The notes under the pieces: generated by a model
Told to the model about the DNA's origin: nothing
Databases searched by the model: none
The model's input: the letters and a program-made list of their open reading frames with translations, nothing else
Shown: piece after piece, positions 48,327 to 59,109 of the stretch
Position numbering within the stretch: the first letter of the stretch is position 1
How the letters are laid out: the number at the start of each line of letters is the position of its first letter
Made by a program: the position numbers and the translations under genes
Origin: an uncultured bacterium
GTDB taxonomy: Bacteria; Chloroflexota; UBA5177; JANWHV01
DNA length: 64,000 nt
Direction of reading: 5' to 3'
NCBI GenBank assembly: GCA_963827235.1
Contig: CAWHAE010000012.1
Span: 128,001-192,000 of the forward strand

Positions 48327-48616
48327 CCCAGTCGCCCGGCGGCTTGCCATCGCGCCGGCTCTTGTCCCAGGCACAACCGGCTTGGCGCTGTGCACCGGCT
48401 GCCCTCGCTGAAAGCTGTGCCGTTCGCAGTGCGCCGCGCCCCGCAGGCTGCAGATTTCGCGGGCAGTGCGTGCCTTTGCCGTTCACGCAAAGGATGAGCC
48501 GGCGAGCAGCTTGTACAGGCATTTCGATTTCGTGCCCTCGCCAACCGATTTCCTGCATCTCTATTTGCTAGTCAAAGACCTGCGCACGCGCTGCCCGCAG
48601 GAGTAGCTGAGCGCGG

Positions 48617-49754
48617 TCAGCACGCCTCCGCGATCCGCACGTCGTGTTCTTTGCCCGGCGCGGCGAAAGCCAGCAGGCGCGCGGCTTCGCCGGCCACCGA
48701 GTCGCGGCTGTCGTCCGAGAGCGGGTCGAACAGCTCGACCTGCAGCGTGGCCACGGCGGGTTGCCGCCGGATGGTCCAGCACCCGTGGACGAAGCCGTCG
48801 ATCAGGAGAGCGCCGCGCGTGAACACGCGCGTTCTGTGCTCGTCCGCGATGATCCGCGTGCGGTCGGCGTGCGAGAGCAGCGCGTTGTCGTACTCCGGCA
48901 GGAAGCGCGGTGGGACCGGTGCCTCGGCGTCGGGTCGCGGGGCATCCGGCAGGTCGAACAGCTCCTGCCCGTGCTCGTCGCGGAATGTGCGCAGCGTGGG
49001 CCGCAGGCGCTCGACGGGCTCACGAAGCCCGGTGAGCCAGCACCATGCCTGGACATCTCGCACGCTTGCCGGGCCGAAGGCAGCGAGGTAGCGCAGGATC
49101 AAAGCGTCCACCACGCTCTCCCGTGCCGGCGGGTGGCCCAGCCACGTTTCTACCGGGCACCAGGTCGGTTGGCCACCGGCGCCCCAGATTCCGCGCGGCG
49201 GAATCTGTACCAGTGGCAGCAGGTAGCGCACGGCTTGGGCCAGGGCATCCGCGTCATAGCCGGGCCACTGCGCGCCCAGGAGCTTGCCGAGCGCCGCGGT
49301 CGTGCGTGGCTGCTCCTCCAGCAATGCCCTGCCGGATGCCAGCAGGGCAGGCATGTCGATGCCTGCTATCCGCTTGGCGAAGGGACTCCCGCTGTACAGT
49401 CCGCGCTCCAGTACCGGCTGAAGCACGGGCCGGAAGGCCAGGCAGTCCCGGGCGGTCACCAGGTGGAGCGTCGTGCGCATCAACGGCACCCTCACTGCGG
49501 CTCGATTCGGCGATCAGTCGCGCCAGCTCCCCCGGCTGGAAGCCGTCGATCCTTGACCACAGGCCCACATACGGCGCCAGCGGTGCCTGTGCCTGCATGC
49601 CGGCCAGATGCTCGATCATCTCCTTCGCCGGGAGCGACGAGCGGGCCAGCAGGTGCTGGCGCGCCAGCAGGGCGCGATTGAGCGCGCGCCGGCTGAGTGC
49701 TTCCCCGGGGTTGCCGGCGGGGCGGCGTGCCGGCATGAATGCTCTAGCGGCCAT
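48617..49754 (-). pseudogene. AlkZ/YcaQ (HTH_42) winged-helix DNA glycosylase, split by one +1 frameshift
   Basis: [12 protein letters not shown]...GMQAQ...YVGLWSR in one frame, then MRTTLHLV...YLAAFGPAS...FLPEYDN in the next; extra base at about 49506. Confidence 0.8.
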
Positions 49755-49944
49755 GCCGGCCCTTCAGTCGCGGGGTGTCTCTTTGCTCGCGCGCGCCAAG
49801 CCCCTGCCCGGCGAGCAGGCGGTAGCGGTCGAACACGGGACGGAAGGCGGGGACCAGCCGGGCGGTGAGTGCCGCGTCGCCGGAGTCAGTGCCGGAAGTG
49901 AGAGAATAGAGTCTGTAGAGCTCAAGACACCAGGGAGGTAGGCG

Positions 49945-50916
49945 ATGAGGGCGGTAGTGATCGGCGCGAGTGGCCACGTGGGTACGTATCTGATTCCGCG
50001 ACTGGTGGAGGCAGGCTACGACGTTCAAGCGCTCAGCCGCGGCCAGAGCAGTCCCTACCAGGAGCACGGCGCCTGGCGGCAAGTCCGCCGGATAACCGTC
50101 GACCGCGTGGCCGAGGATGCCGCGGGCTCCTTCGGCAGGCGCGTGCGCGACCTGCGTCCCGACGTGGTGATCGATATGATCTGTTTCGAGCCCGAGAGCG
50201 CGCGCCTGCTGGTGGAGGCGCTGCGCGGCCAGATCGCTCATCTGCTGATGTGCGGCACGGTGTGGGTCCACGGTCCCAGCACCGTCGTGCCGGCAACCGA
50301 AGAGCTGCCGCGCCGTCCATTTGGCGACTACGGGATCAAGAAAGCGGCGATCGAGGATCTCATTCTGGCCGAGGCGCGCCGAAGCGGTTTCCCGGCCACC
50401 GTCCTCCATCCGGGGCATATCGTCGGGCCGGGCTGGCTGCCCGTCAACCCGGCCGGCAACCTCAATCCGCAGGTCTTCGCGTTGCTGGCCCGCGGAGGGG
50501 AGCTGGCGCTGCCCAACTTCGGCCTGGAGACCGTGCATCACGTGCATGCCGACGACGTGGCGCAGGCCTTCATGCGCGCGCTGGCGCGTCGAAGCACGGC
50601 CCTCGGCGAGAGCTTCCACGTGGTGTCGCCTGCCGCGCTGACGCTGCGCGGCTATGCCGAAGCCGTGGCTGGCTGGTTCGGGCAGCAAGCACGTCTGCGG
50701 TACCTGCCCTGGGCAGAATGGCGCGCTACCGTGACGGAGGTAGAGGCAACGGCGACCTGGGATCACGTTGCCCACAGCCCCAACTGCAGCATTGCCAAGG
50801 CTGAGCGCCTGATAGACTACCATCCACGCTACTCCTCGCTGCAGGCAGTGTATGAAGCCGTGCACTCCCTGATCGCCAGGGGCGTGATCGGTGCGCCGCC
50901 CCTGCAGCCGCTGTGA
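49945..50916 (+). CDS. NAD-dependent epimerase/dehydratase family protein
   Basis: IGASGHVG, YGIKK, HVHADDVA; GGAGGT RBS. Confidence 0.9.
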   Translation: MRAVVIGASGHVGTYLIPRLVEAGYDVQALSRGQSSPYQEHGAWRQVRRITVDRVAEDAAGSFGRRVRDLRPDVVIDMICFEPESARLLVEALRGQIAHLLMCGTVWVHGPSTVVPATEELPRRPFGDYGIKKAAIEDLILAEARRSGFPATVLHPGHIVGPGWLPVNPAGNLNPQVFALLARGGELALPNFGLETVHHVHADDVAQAFMRALARRSTALGESFHVVSPAALTLRGYAEAVAGWFGQQARLRYLPWAEWRATVTEVEATATWDHVAHSPNCSIAKAERLIDYHPRYSSLQAVYEAVHSLIARGVIGAPPLQPL

Positions 50917-50950
50917 GAACGAAGGGGCCGCCAAGCCGGGACAAGGTGGG

Positions 50951-53224
50951 CTAGCGCCACCAGGGGATCCTGGCAGCTTCGATCGTCGTGTTCACCGGCT
51001 GATCGAGGGTCAATGCCAGCCGCCTGAGCAGTTGGATCCACTCCGCGAGTGTGACGGCAGCCACGGCGGCGTGCGCGTCGCCGGGGTCCGCGCGCCAGTC
51101 CTGTAGCAGGCGCACCATGACCTGGCGCAGCTTCTCGACGGAGACGCGGCCCTTCGCCTCGACGGGCCGCATGGTTCGCAGGCGCTCACCGAGCTGCTCG
51201 AACATGGCGACCAGCGCGTGCGCCTCGGCATGAAGCAGCGAGAGCGCCGCGGCATCCCCGGGCGCCTGATAGCCTCTCGCTGCCATAGCGCCGAGCACGT
51301 CTCCGGCTACCATGGCGTGCGAGCCCGCGGCGACGATGGCGGCAGTGGCCTGCGGCGCGGGCGCATGGGCCCCGCGCTCCCGCAGCAGGCGATCGAATGC
51401 CTCCTCGGCCCGAGCTCGAGCTCGTACGGCGCCGAGCCGGGCTCGCGCTACATTCTCTGGCGCGCCGTGCCGCATCGTCTGGTCGAATGCCTGCCCGACA
51501 AAGTCTCCCGTGTGTTCCAGAAGCTCTGCCGCGGCTCGCCGGAATTCAGCCCGTGCGCCCCGCGGCCAGAGCAGCAGTCCTACGGCCACGCTGATGCTGG
51601 CGCCTACGACCACGTCCTCGACCCGCACCAATCCCAACCGCCAGCCTGCCGGTGAGATCAGATTGAAGAGGATGACCACCGTCACCGTGAAGGCTGCTTG
51701 CCCTGCCACGAAGCCAAGCGCGGTCGCCGCGTAGGCCGCGAGGAAGATGGCTATCGGTAGGAAAAGCCAGAGCACGCTTGTGTGCTGCCCGGCAACAGCC
51801 ATGAACGCGGCGCTGATGGCGAACCCACCGGTCGTGCCGGCGATCGCCTGCAGCGTGGTGCGCCCCGTGGCGAGCGCGTTGGTGCGCAGCACCGAGAGCG
51901 TGGCCAGCACGACCCAGAAGCCATGGTCAATCCGCAGCTCCCGGCTGATCAGCACGGCCAGCGCCAAGCCGATGCCGACGCGCAGGCTGCCGTGCAACAC
52001 CGGCGATGAGGAGGCAAGATGGCTGCGCACCGTCGCGGCAATTCGCTGCACGAGCCCGACCGTCCCCGACCGGAGCGGCGTCTCGAAAGGGAGGTCAAGG
52101 TCGGGCTCCAGCCTGTGCCCGGCCACGATCATGGCACTCCCGCCGGCCGCCAGCACCAGGTAGGAGACGACGCGCAGCGCGTCGTCCGCCTGCATGGGGT
52201 CGAGGATCTCCTCCACCGGCGCGCCGCTCGCCAGCTCCTGCTCGGCCCATCGATCCAGAGCCTGCCGGTGTGCCGCGCGGGCATTCTGCAGCTCGTGCAG
52301 ATCCAGTCCCGTGTCACTGCCTGCCAGCAGATCGGCACATCCCTCGAGCGCCCGCACTACCGAGGCAGACAGTGCCCTTCCGGCCACGAGGCAAGGGTGC
52401 TCGGCCGACAGGAACGTATCCAGCGGGCCTCTGATCAGCGTTTCGATGCGCGACAGCTCCGCGATCAGTTCGGCGAATGCTCGAGCCCGCCGCACCGGCC
52501 CGGCGGGTCGTTTCGGCGTGGCTGCATAGGAGCGAAGCACGGTATCCACTGCTGCCCTTGCTTCCGCCCGCCGGGCAGGAGCGCTCCCGGTAGCGTGCCG
52601 GTCGGCGGTAACCAGTGCCGCGAGCGCCCTGCATGCCTGAGCTGCCTCGCGATACAGCGTATTCTGCTCGAAGCGCGGCCACAGGAACACGCCCGCGAGC
52701 GTAGCTAGGGCTCCGGCCAGACACCACCCGGCCACGCGAGGGCCAATCGACGATGCCGGGGCCGCGATGGAGGCGGCAAGCACGAACGATAACTGCACCG
52801 CTGGCTGGCAGGCTGCCGCGTAGCCGCCGAACACTCCGGCGAACTGCACGCAGAATCCCACCACGAGCATGGTGAGACCGGCCTGCCAGGGAACGGGAGA
52901 GACGAGACTGCCGAGCGTGACCAGCGCCGCGCCGACCAGCGTAGTGCCGACGTAGGCGCAGGCGCGCGGCCCGCGAAAGCCTCCGAAATCGGCCAGCACG
53001 AGCAGGGCAAAGCAGCCGAAGACCACGAAGGTGGTGAACTGGGGATCGCCGACCGCCAGCTTGGCAAACGCGAAAGCGCTCGGGGCAACCAGCGCGGTAC
53101 GCATACCGCGGCGCAGCCCGGCCAGACCAGGGTCGCGCGGCAGTCGTGGCCGCAGCCGCGAGATCGCCTGCCACGAGGTAGCAAGACGATCTCTCCGGAC
53201 CGGACTGCCGCTGACTGCATCCAT
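50951..53224 (-). CDS. FUSC/YccS-like aromatic acid exporter family membrane protein
   Basis: Two TM clusters separated by a helical domain; HGFWVVLATLSVLR, RVEDVVVG, LLWP motifs. Confidence 0.85.
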   Translation of the reverse strand: MDAVSGSPVRRDRLATSWQAISRLRPRLPRDPGLAGLRRGMRTALVAPSAFAFAKLAVGDPQFTTFVVFGCFALLVLADFGGFRGPRACAYVGTTLVGAALVTLGSLVSPVPWQAGLTMLVVGFCVQFAGVFGGYAAACQPAVQLSFVLAASIAAPASSIGPRVAGWCLAGALATLAGVFLWPRFEQNTLYREAAQACRALAALVTADRHATGSAPARRAEARAAVDTVLRSYAATPKRPAGPVRRARAFAELIAELSRIETLIRGPLDTFLSAEHPCLVAGRALSASVVRALEGCADLLAGSDTGLDLHELQNARAAHRQALDRWAEQELASGAPVEEILDPMQADDALRVVSYLVLAAGGSAMIVAGHRLEPDLDLPFETPLRSGTVGLVQRIAATVRSHLASSSPVLHGSLRVGIGLALAVLISRELRIDHGFWVVLATLSVLRTNALATGRTTLQAIAGTTGGFAISAAFMAVAGQHTSVLWLFLPIAIFLAAYAATALGFVAGQAAFTVTVVILFNLISPAGWRLGLVRVEDVVVGASISVAVGLLLWPRGARAEFRRAAAELLEHTGDFVGQAFDQTMRHGAPENVARARLGAVRARARAEEAFDRLLRERGAHAPAPQATAAIVAAGSHAMVAGDVLGAMAARGYQAPGDAAALSLLHAEAHALVAMFEQLGERLRTMRPVEAKGRVSVEKLRQVMVRLLQDWRADPGDAHAAVAAVTLAEWIQLLRRLALTLDQPVNTTIEAARIPWWR

Positions 53225-53508
53225 GTTCGCGCTCCCTGCCCCAGGTCTCGGCTCGGCCCGCGGACGATCTCTATCGCCTTGCCGGCACCTCACCCGGCCA
53301 CGCTGCCATCGTAGATCGCACGTGCATAAGGTGCCGCCGCAGGCACGACAGCGGACTGTACCGCAGTGCCGAGGCGGTGCCGGACATGCACTCTCCCGGC
53401 CGGGAAGCGGAGAATCAGGTCCGCCTGGCGGACACGGCAATGGGGAATCACGTGTTATGTTGGTGTTGGGGGATACGCACGTGCACGTGCCGGGAGGGGA
53501 CGGCGCTC

Positions 53509-53964
53509 ATGGCGGAGATTCGCATCGCGGCTGAACGGATGATATCGGCTCCTGCCGGCGACGTCTACCGCTACATTGCCGATTATCGCGAACACCATTT
53601 CCGCTTCCTTCCGCCCGCCTTCTCGGACTTTGCGGTCGATCAGGGCGGCGTGGGCAACGGCACCGTCGTCACCTTCCGCCTGCAAGCGGGCGGCCGCACG
53701 CGCCAGATGCAGATGCACGTCACAGAGCCCGCCCCCGGCCGGGTGCTGGTTGAGTCGAGCACGAGCTCCAGCGAGGTCACTAGCTTCACGGTGACTCCAG
53801 AGGGGTCCACGAGTCGCGTGCGAATCGAGACCAGCTTCATGGATAGCGGCGGCGTCAGGGGTGTGCTGGAGCGCGTGCTGGCACCGCGCATGCTCAAGCC
53901 ACTCTATCTGGACGAGCTCTCGCGCCTCGATGCTTATGCGCAGGAGCAGATTCGCGCCAACTGA
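53509..53964 (+). CDS. SRPBCC (START-like) family protein
   Basis: ISAPAGDVYRYIADY, GGVGNGT, EPAPGRVLVE; GGAGGGG RBS. Confidence 0.88.
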   Translation: MAEIRIAAERMISAPAGDVYRYIADYREHHFRFLPPAFSDFAVDQGGVGNGTVVTFRLQAGGRTRQMQMHVTEPAPGRVLVESSTSSSEVTSFTVTPEGSTSRVRIETSFMDSGGVRGVLERVLAPRMLKPLYLDELSRLDAYAQEQIRAN

Positions 53965-54129
53965 ACGACAGGCTGGCAGGGCTGTGCGGGGTTGGCAACC
54001 TTGCCCATCCGGCACCGCCGAGCTTGCGTCAGCGGCCCGGACCGCGGGACGACGAGCTTCTGCACACGAAAGCCGGACCTCGCCGGTCTGCGCTCGGCTG
54101 ACCTACTGCTGACGCCCCATCTGCGCCTG

Positions 54130-54432
54130 AAGCGCGGCGCCGCAGGATTACCGCACCACCAGCCGGCATGGCAGCCACACGATCCCGCTCTCCCGCTCGC
54201 CGTTGATCATGGCCGGCATGCGACGTCCTGCCCGCAGACCCAGCTCGTAGATCTGCATGTCGACGGTGGTCAGCCGCGGCTGCGTATCTTCGGCGAACAG
54301 CTCCCAATTATCGAAGCCCACGATCGCGACGTCGTCAGGCACGCGCACGCCGCGCGCGGTCCTTCGATCAGCCCTGCCGCTATTTGGTCGTTGCCGCAGA
54401 ACACCCCGTCGACACGGGCGCGCTGCTCGAAC
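54130..54432 (-). pseudogene. LacI-family regulator C-terminal remnant
   Basis: VDGVFCGNDQIAAG then a frameshift to GVRVPDDVAIVGFDN...PRLTTV...CRLVVR*SCG (in-frame stop). Confidence 0.8.
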
Positions 54433-54853
54433 GCCTTCTTTCCGCTGATCCTGCCCGCGTTCTTTGGCAACAGCTTCTACATCTTCCTGCTCCGCCAGAC
54501 CTTCCGCGGCATACCGAAGGAGCTGGAGGATGCCGCGCGTATCGACGGCGCGGGATTCCTGAGAGTGTTCCTGGTCATCATCCTGCCCCTGGCGAGGCCC
54601 GCGCTGGCCGTGGTCGCCACACTCACGTTTACGGGCGTCTGGAACGACTTTCTCAATCCGTTGATCTATTCTTAATAGCAACGACAAGTTCACGCTGGCG
54701 TTGGGCCTGCAGATGTTCTTGCAGGATCAGAGCGCGCCTTGGGCAGAGCTGATGGCCGCATGCACCATGGTGATCGTTCCCATGATCGTGGTGTTCCTCG
54801 TGTTCCAGCGCTCACTGATACAGGGCATTACGCTGGGTGGCTTGAAAGGATGA
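54433..54853 (+). pseudogene. Carbohydrate ABC permease C-terminal remnant with +1 frameshift
   Basis: EAA loop IPKELEDAARIDGA, WNDFLNPLIY, extra T at about 54670, then LNSNDKFTLALGL...QGITLGGLKG*. Confidence 0.85.
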
Positions 54854-54908
54854 CTCTCGGATAAGCGCGGCGGACCCGGTCAGGCCGGCGGCGCCGCCGA
54901 CATGCACG

Positions 54909-56846
54909 ATGAATGGACAGGCGATGGTGCAGAACAGATGGCGTCCCGTACCGCTCGCGATGGTGAATCTCGACGATGACTTTTGGGCACCGCGCCAGCG
55001 GCTGAGCCGGGAAGTCACTCTCCCGTTCCAGTACAAGCAGCTACAGGAGGTTGGTCACCTTCGCGCGCTCGACCTGGCCTGGCAGCCCGGAGAGAAGCCG
55101 GTGCCCCACATCTTCTGGGAATCGGATATCGCGAAGTGGCTGGAGGCCGTGAGCTATAGCCTGGCCAAGACGCCGGACGCAGCCCTGGACGCGCTGGCGG
55201 ACCAAGTGATCGCCAAGCTGGCGGCTGCACAGCAACCCGATGGCTACCTGAACGTGTATTTCACGGTAGTCAAGCCGGGACGGCGATGGACGGATCTCCA
55301 TCACGCGCACGAGCTCTACTGCGCCGGCCACCTGATCGAGGCCGGCGTGGCCCACTTCGAGGCGACCGGCAAGCGCTCGCTGCTGGGCATCGTGTGCCGC
55401 TATGCGGACTGTATTGCCGCTGCCTTTGGCAGAGAGGAGGGCAAGATCCACGGCTATTGCGGTCACCCGGAGATCGAGCTCGCTCTGGTCCGGCTTTTCC
55501 ACGCCACCGGTGAACGGCGTTACCTCGACCTGAGCCGCTGTTTCGTCGACGAGCGCGGCCGGGAGCCGCACTACTTCGATCAGGAAGACCGGCAGCGCGG
55601 CGAGCCCGGCTACTTTGACGGCTGGCTGCGCCACAGCTCCGTTCAGGAGTCCCACGAGTACAACCAGTCGCACCTGCCGGTGCGCGAGCAGCGGCAGGCG
55701 GTCGGCCACGCGGTCCGAGCCATGTACCTGTACAGTGCCATGACCGATCTGGCCGGCGAGCTGGGCGACGAGGGCCTGTTGCAGGCCTGCCGCGGGCTGT
55801 GGGATCACCTGACCGGCCGGCGCATGTACGTGACGGGCGGTATCGGCACGGCGGCCCGGAACGAGGGCTTCACCACCGACTACGATCTGCCGAACCACAC
55901 CGCCTACGCGGAGACCTGCGCCGCCATCGGGCTGGTCTTCTGGTCGCAGCGCATGGCATTGCTCGAGCATGACGCCCGTTATGTCGACATCCTGGAGCGT
56001 GCGCTGTTCAATGGCGTGATCAGCGGCATATCGCTGGATGGGACGCGGTTCTTCTATACGAATCGCCTGGCAAGCGAGGGTGACGAGCACCGCAAGGAGT
56101 GGTTCGGCGTGGCCTGCTGCCCGCCGAACCTGGCGCGGTTGTTGTTGTCGCTGGGCCAGTACGTCTATGCCCACGGCGAGAATGAGCTGGCGGTCAACCT
56201 CTACATCGAGGGATCGATGCGCTGCACGGTGGCCGGCCGGCAGATCGAGATCCGGCAGGAGACCCAATATCCCTGGGGAGAGACAGTGGCGCTGCACGTC
56301 GACGTTCCGGAGCCCACGGAGCTGGACCTCTTGCTGCGCATACCCGGCTGGTGCCGGCAAGCCTTGGTAGAGGTGAACGGCCGCGCCGAGCCGCTCGACG
56401 GCGTGGTCGAGCGCGGTTACGCTCGGTTGCGGCGCACGTGGTCGTTCGGCGATGTCGTCATGCTCAAGCTGCCGATGCCGGTCGAGCGTCTGCGCGCACA
56501 TCCGGCCGTGCACTACGATGCCGGGTGCGTCGCCCTGCAGCGCGGTCCGCTCGTCTACTGCCTGGAGACGGCCGACAACCGGGTGCCGCTGCAGCGCGTG
56601 CTGATTCCGGAGCAAACCGGCTTCGAGGTCGGCTTCGAGCCCGGGCTGCTGGGCGGGGCCGCCGTGCTGCGGTGCGCGGCCTGGGCGGAAGAGACCGACG
56701 CCGCGGCGCCCCTCTACGGCGTCGACCCGCCGCGGCGCGTGCCCGTCTCGCTCACCGCGATTCCATACTACGCCTGGGACAACCGGGGGGGCGGCCAGAT
56801 GCGGGTGTGGCTGCGCGCGATGGACGGAAGCGCCGGCAATCGATAG
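54909..56846 (+). CDS. GH127 beta-L-arabinofuranosidase-like protein
   Basis: SDIAKWLEA, HELYCAGH, GHAVR, AYAETCA, CCPPN, IPYYAWDNRG. Confidence 0.93.
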   Translation: MNGQAMVQNRWRPVPLAMVNLDDDFWAPRQRLSREVTLPFQYKQLQEVGHLRALDLAWQPGEKPVPHIFWESDIAKWLEAVSYSLAKTPDAALDALADQVIAKLAAAQQPDGYLNVYFTVVKPGRRWTDLHHAHELYCAGHLIEAGVAHFEATGKRSLLGIVCRYADCIAAAFGREEGKIHGYCGHPEIELALVRLFHATGERRYLDLSRCFVDERGREPHYFDQEDRQRGEPGYFDGWLRHSSVQESHEYNQSHLPVREQRQAVGHAVRAMYLYSAMTDLAGELGDEGLLQACRGLWDHLTGRRMYVTGGIGTAARNEGFTTDYDLPNHTAYAETCAAIGLVFWSQRMALLEHDARYVDILERALFNGVISGISLDGTRFFYTNRLASEGDEHRKEWFGVACCPPNLARLLLSLGQYVYAHGENELAVNLYIEGSMRCTVAGRQIEIRQETQYPWGETVALHVDVPEPTELDLLLRIPGWCRQALVEVNGRAEPLDGVVERGYARLRRTWSFGDVVMLKLPMPVERLRAHPAVHYDAGCVALQRGPLVYCLETADNRVPLQRVLIPEQTGFEVGFEPGLLGGAAVLRCAAWAEETDAAAPLYGVDPPRRVPVSLTAIPYYAWDNRGGGQMRVWLRAMDGSAGNR

Positions 56847-56899
56847 CGCCTCCGCGGGCGCACTTCGCTTGGGGCGGACTGGCCGGCTCGCTCAGCCGG

Positions 56900-57424
56900 T
56901 CACGCCCGCTCTGGGCAGGGGTGGGTAGGCCGCAACAGGACGCTGCCGATGGCGTCGAGATCGTGCAGGACCCGGCACAACTCCGCGCGCCGCTGCCCGT
57001 CCCAGCCAGCGAGCAGATCGCGGAGCGCTTGTCGCGCCTGGTTGTGCACTTCCCCCAGCACGGCGTGACCCTTCGGCGTCAGCCGGACCAATACTCGGCG
57101 TCGATCGATCTCGCTGTGGGACCGCTCGCAGTATCCTTCTGCCACCAGGTCATCCAGCGCGGCAGTGATTGCCGCGCCGGACAGCCAGGCCCGCCGGGCA
57201 AGCTCGCCCGGCTGGGCTCCGTCGCAATGCACCTGCTCGAGCTCGGCAACCATCATCAGCAGGAAAACATGCTGCGTGCCGAGATTGCTACTGCGCAGCT
57301 GCGACTTGAAGGCTCTGGTCACTCGCGGCAGGACGCGCACCAGGGCTTCGATGCACTCCTCGACCGAAGGGTCCTGGCCTGCCTCGCCGGCCACTCCTGC
57401 CGCTCTGTCTGTCTCAATTACCAT
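56900..57424 (-). CDS. MarR family regulator
   Basis: ELARRAWLSGAAIT...L...GY..R....DRRRVLVRLTPKG. Confidence 0.88.
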   Translation of the reverse strand: MVIETDRAAGVAGEAGQDPSVEECIEALVRVLPRVTRAFKSQLRSSNLGTQHVFLLMMVAELEQVHCDGAQPGELARRAWLSGAAITAALDDLVAEGYCERSHSEIDRRRVLVRLTPKGHAVLGEVHNQARQALRDLLAGWDGQRRAELCRVLHDLDAIGSVLLRPTHPCPERA

Positions 57425-57432
57425 TGAATCAG

Positions 57433-58968
57433 TTAACCCGCCATCTCGAGGACGGGGGCCTCGACGGATGCAGTCGCGTGCTCGGTAGCCGTCGCCACCC
57501 CGCCGCTGCGGCGTATGGTCAGGCCCAGGAGCGCGCCGGCCAGGGAAATCACGGCCGTCAATAACAGTGTACCGCTGAACGCACTGGCGAACAGATTGGC
57601 TGCTTGGAGCTGCAGACCGGCGGCTTGTGTCGCGGTTGCGGCCGCGTGCCCATGCGGAGCGCTGAGCAGGGTGGTTGCCCGGTGAAAGCTAGGCCGGGAA
57701 GCCAGCACAGTCGAGAGGCTGGCAATGGCCAGCGAGTTGACCACACTCTGCAGGGCCGCCGTCAGCGACGTGACGCGGCTGACCAGCCTGCGCGGGGCCG
57801 AGTTCAGGATGTGCGTGCTGAGCGGCATCATCATCAGCGCCATGCCCGCGCCGCGCAGCATAAGGGGAAAGATGAGCGACGTCTCCACGGTGCCGCCGTT
57901 GATGCGGGTCAACAGGAATGTGCCGAGGGCGACCAGGCCAAGCCCACCCGCCACGAGCGGTCTGGCACCAACCCTATCGAAGAGCCGGCCGCCGATCGGC
58001 ATGAACGCGGCAGCGGTCAGGGCCTGGGCCATCATCACCAGTCCGGTGTCGAAGGGCCCGTAGTTGCGTACCTGCTGCAGGAAGAGCGGTACCAGGAAGA
58101 TGCCGCCAAACAGCGCCACCTGACCGATCCACTGCGCTACCACGGCAATCGAGAAGTCGATGGAGCGGAACACGCGCATCTCGATCAGGGGCTTGCTTGC
58201 CCTCAGCTCGACCAGTACGAACGCCACTACGGCCACGACACCGCCCAGCAGACCGCCGAGCGTGTTGGCCGAGGTCCAGCTCGTCGCGCCTTCGCTCACG
58301 CCGTAGGACAGCATGGCGAACGCGAGCGGGCCCAGGATCATGCCGGGAAGATCCAGGTCACCGGCGTCATGCGTCTCGACCAGGGGCAGCTTGCGCAGGC
58401 CCAGCCACAGGGCCATCAGGCCGATGGGCAGATTGATGGAGAAGATCCAGCGCCAGTTGGCATACTCCACCAGCCAGCCGGAGACGGTAGGACCGACCGC
58501 CGGCGCGAAGAGAATCGGGATGCCGATCGTACCCATCACCACGCCGCGCTTGTCGGGTGGGCTCAGCCTGTAGGTGTATGCCAGGCCGATCGGCATCAAG
58601 CAGCCGCCGCCCAGACCCTGCAGGATGCGGAACGCGATCAGCATCTCGTTGCTCTGGGCAAGCGCGCAGAGGCCGGAACCCAGCGTGAACAGCGCGATGG
58701 CCGTCAGGAATACCTGCTTGGCGCCGAAGCGATCGGACAGCCAGCCCGCCAGGGGAATCACCGCGGCCTGCGCAAGCATGTAGCCAGTGAGGACCCACTG
58801 CAGGGAAGACAGTGGGACGTGGAAGTCTTTGACCAACGTCGGCAGGGCCACGTTGACCGCGGTGGCGTCGAGGACCACCATGAACAGGCCGACCACGATG
58901 GTCAGCAAGGGCATCATAATCGAACGCAAGCGGAACGGCGCGGTAGTCGCCGTGGCCTGTGCTTCCAT
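57433..58968 (-). CDS. DHA2 (EmrB/QacA) MFS efflux transporter
   Basis: LDATAVNVALP, GWLSDRFG, WRWIFSINLPIG; GGAG RBS before ATG 58968. Confidence 0.93.
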   Translation of the reverse strand: MEAQATATTAPFRLRSIMMPLLTIVVGLFMVVLDATAVNVALPTLVKDFHVPLSSLQWVLTGYMLAQAAVIPLAGWLSDRFGAKQVFLTAIALFTLGSGLCALAQSNEMLIAFRILQGLGGGCLMPIGLAYTYRLSPPDKRGVVMGTIGIPILFAPAVGPTVSGWLVEYANWRWIFSINLPIGLMALWLGLRKLPLVETHDAGDLDLPGMILGPLAFAMLSYGVSEGATSWTSANTLGGLLGGVVAVVAFVLVELRASKPLIEMRVFRSIDFSIAVVAQWIGQVALFGGIFLVPLFLQQVRNYGPFDTGLVMMAQALTAAAFMPIGGRLFDRVGARPLVAGGLGLVALGTFLLTRINGGTVETSLIFPLMLRGAGMALMMMPLSTHILNSAPRRLVSRVTSLTAALQSVVNSLAIASLSTVLASRPSFHRATTLLSAPHGHAAATATQAAGLQLQAANLFASAFSGTLLLTAVISLAGALLGLTIRRSGGVATATEHATASVEAPVLEMAG

Positions 58969-59022
58969 AAGTTCGTCTCCAGTCGCACTCGCTTTGGAAC
59001 CCGTTGTCAACAGCCGGTGAAC

Positions 59023-59065
59023 TATTCACTAAGTGAAATATACTCCACGTGAAAGGTAATCGCAA
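59023..59065 (-). promoter_or_regulatory. Sigma70 promoter with overlapping palindromic MarR-type operator
   Basis: TTGCGA-N17-TATATT on the minus strand; palindrome TTCACT-A-AGTGAA at 59025-59037. Confidence 0.65.
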
Positions 59066-59109
59066 GCAAGTGTTGCGAGGATTACAGAAGGTCGCCGCAA
59101 GCCCAGACA

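Noticed and set aside
53992-54675. 227-aa ORF as a full ABC permease
   Set aside because: Its first two-thirds is largely antisense to the LacI remnant; only the part after about 54433 is permease
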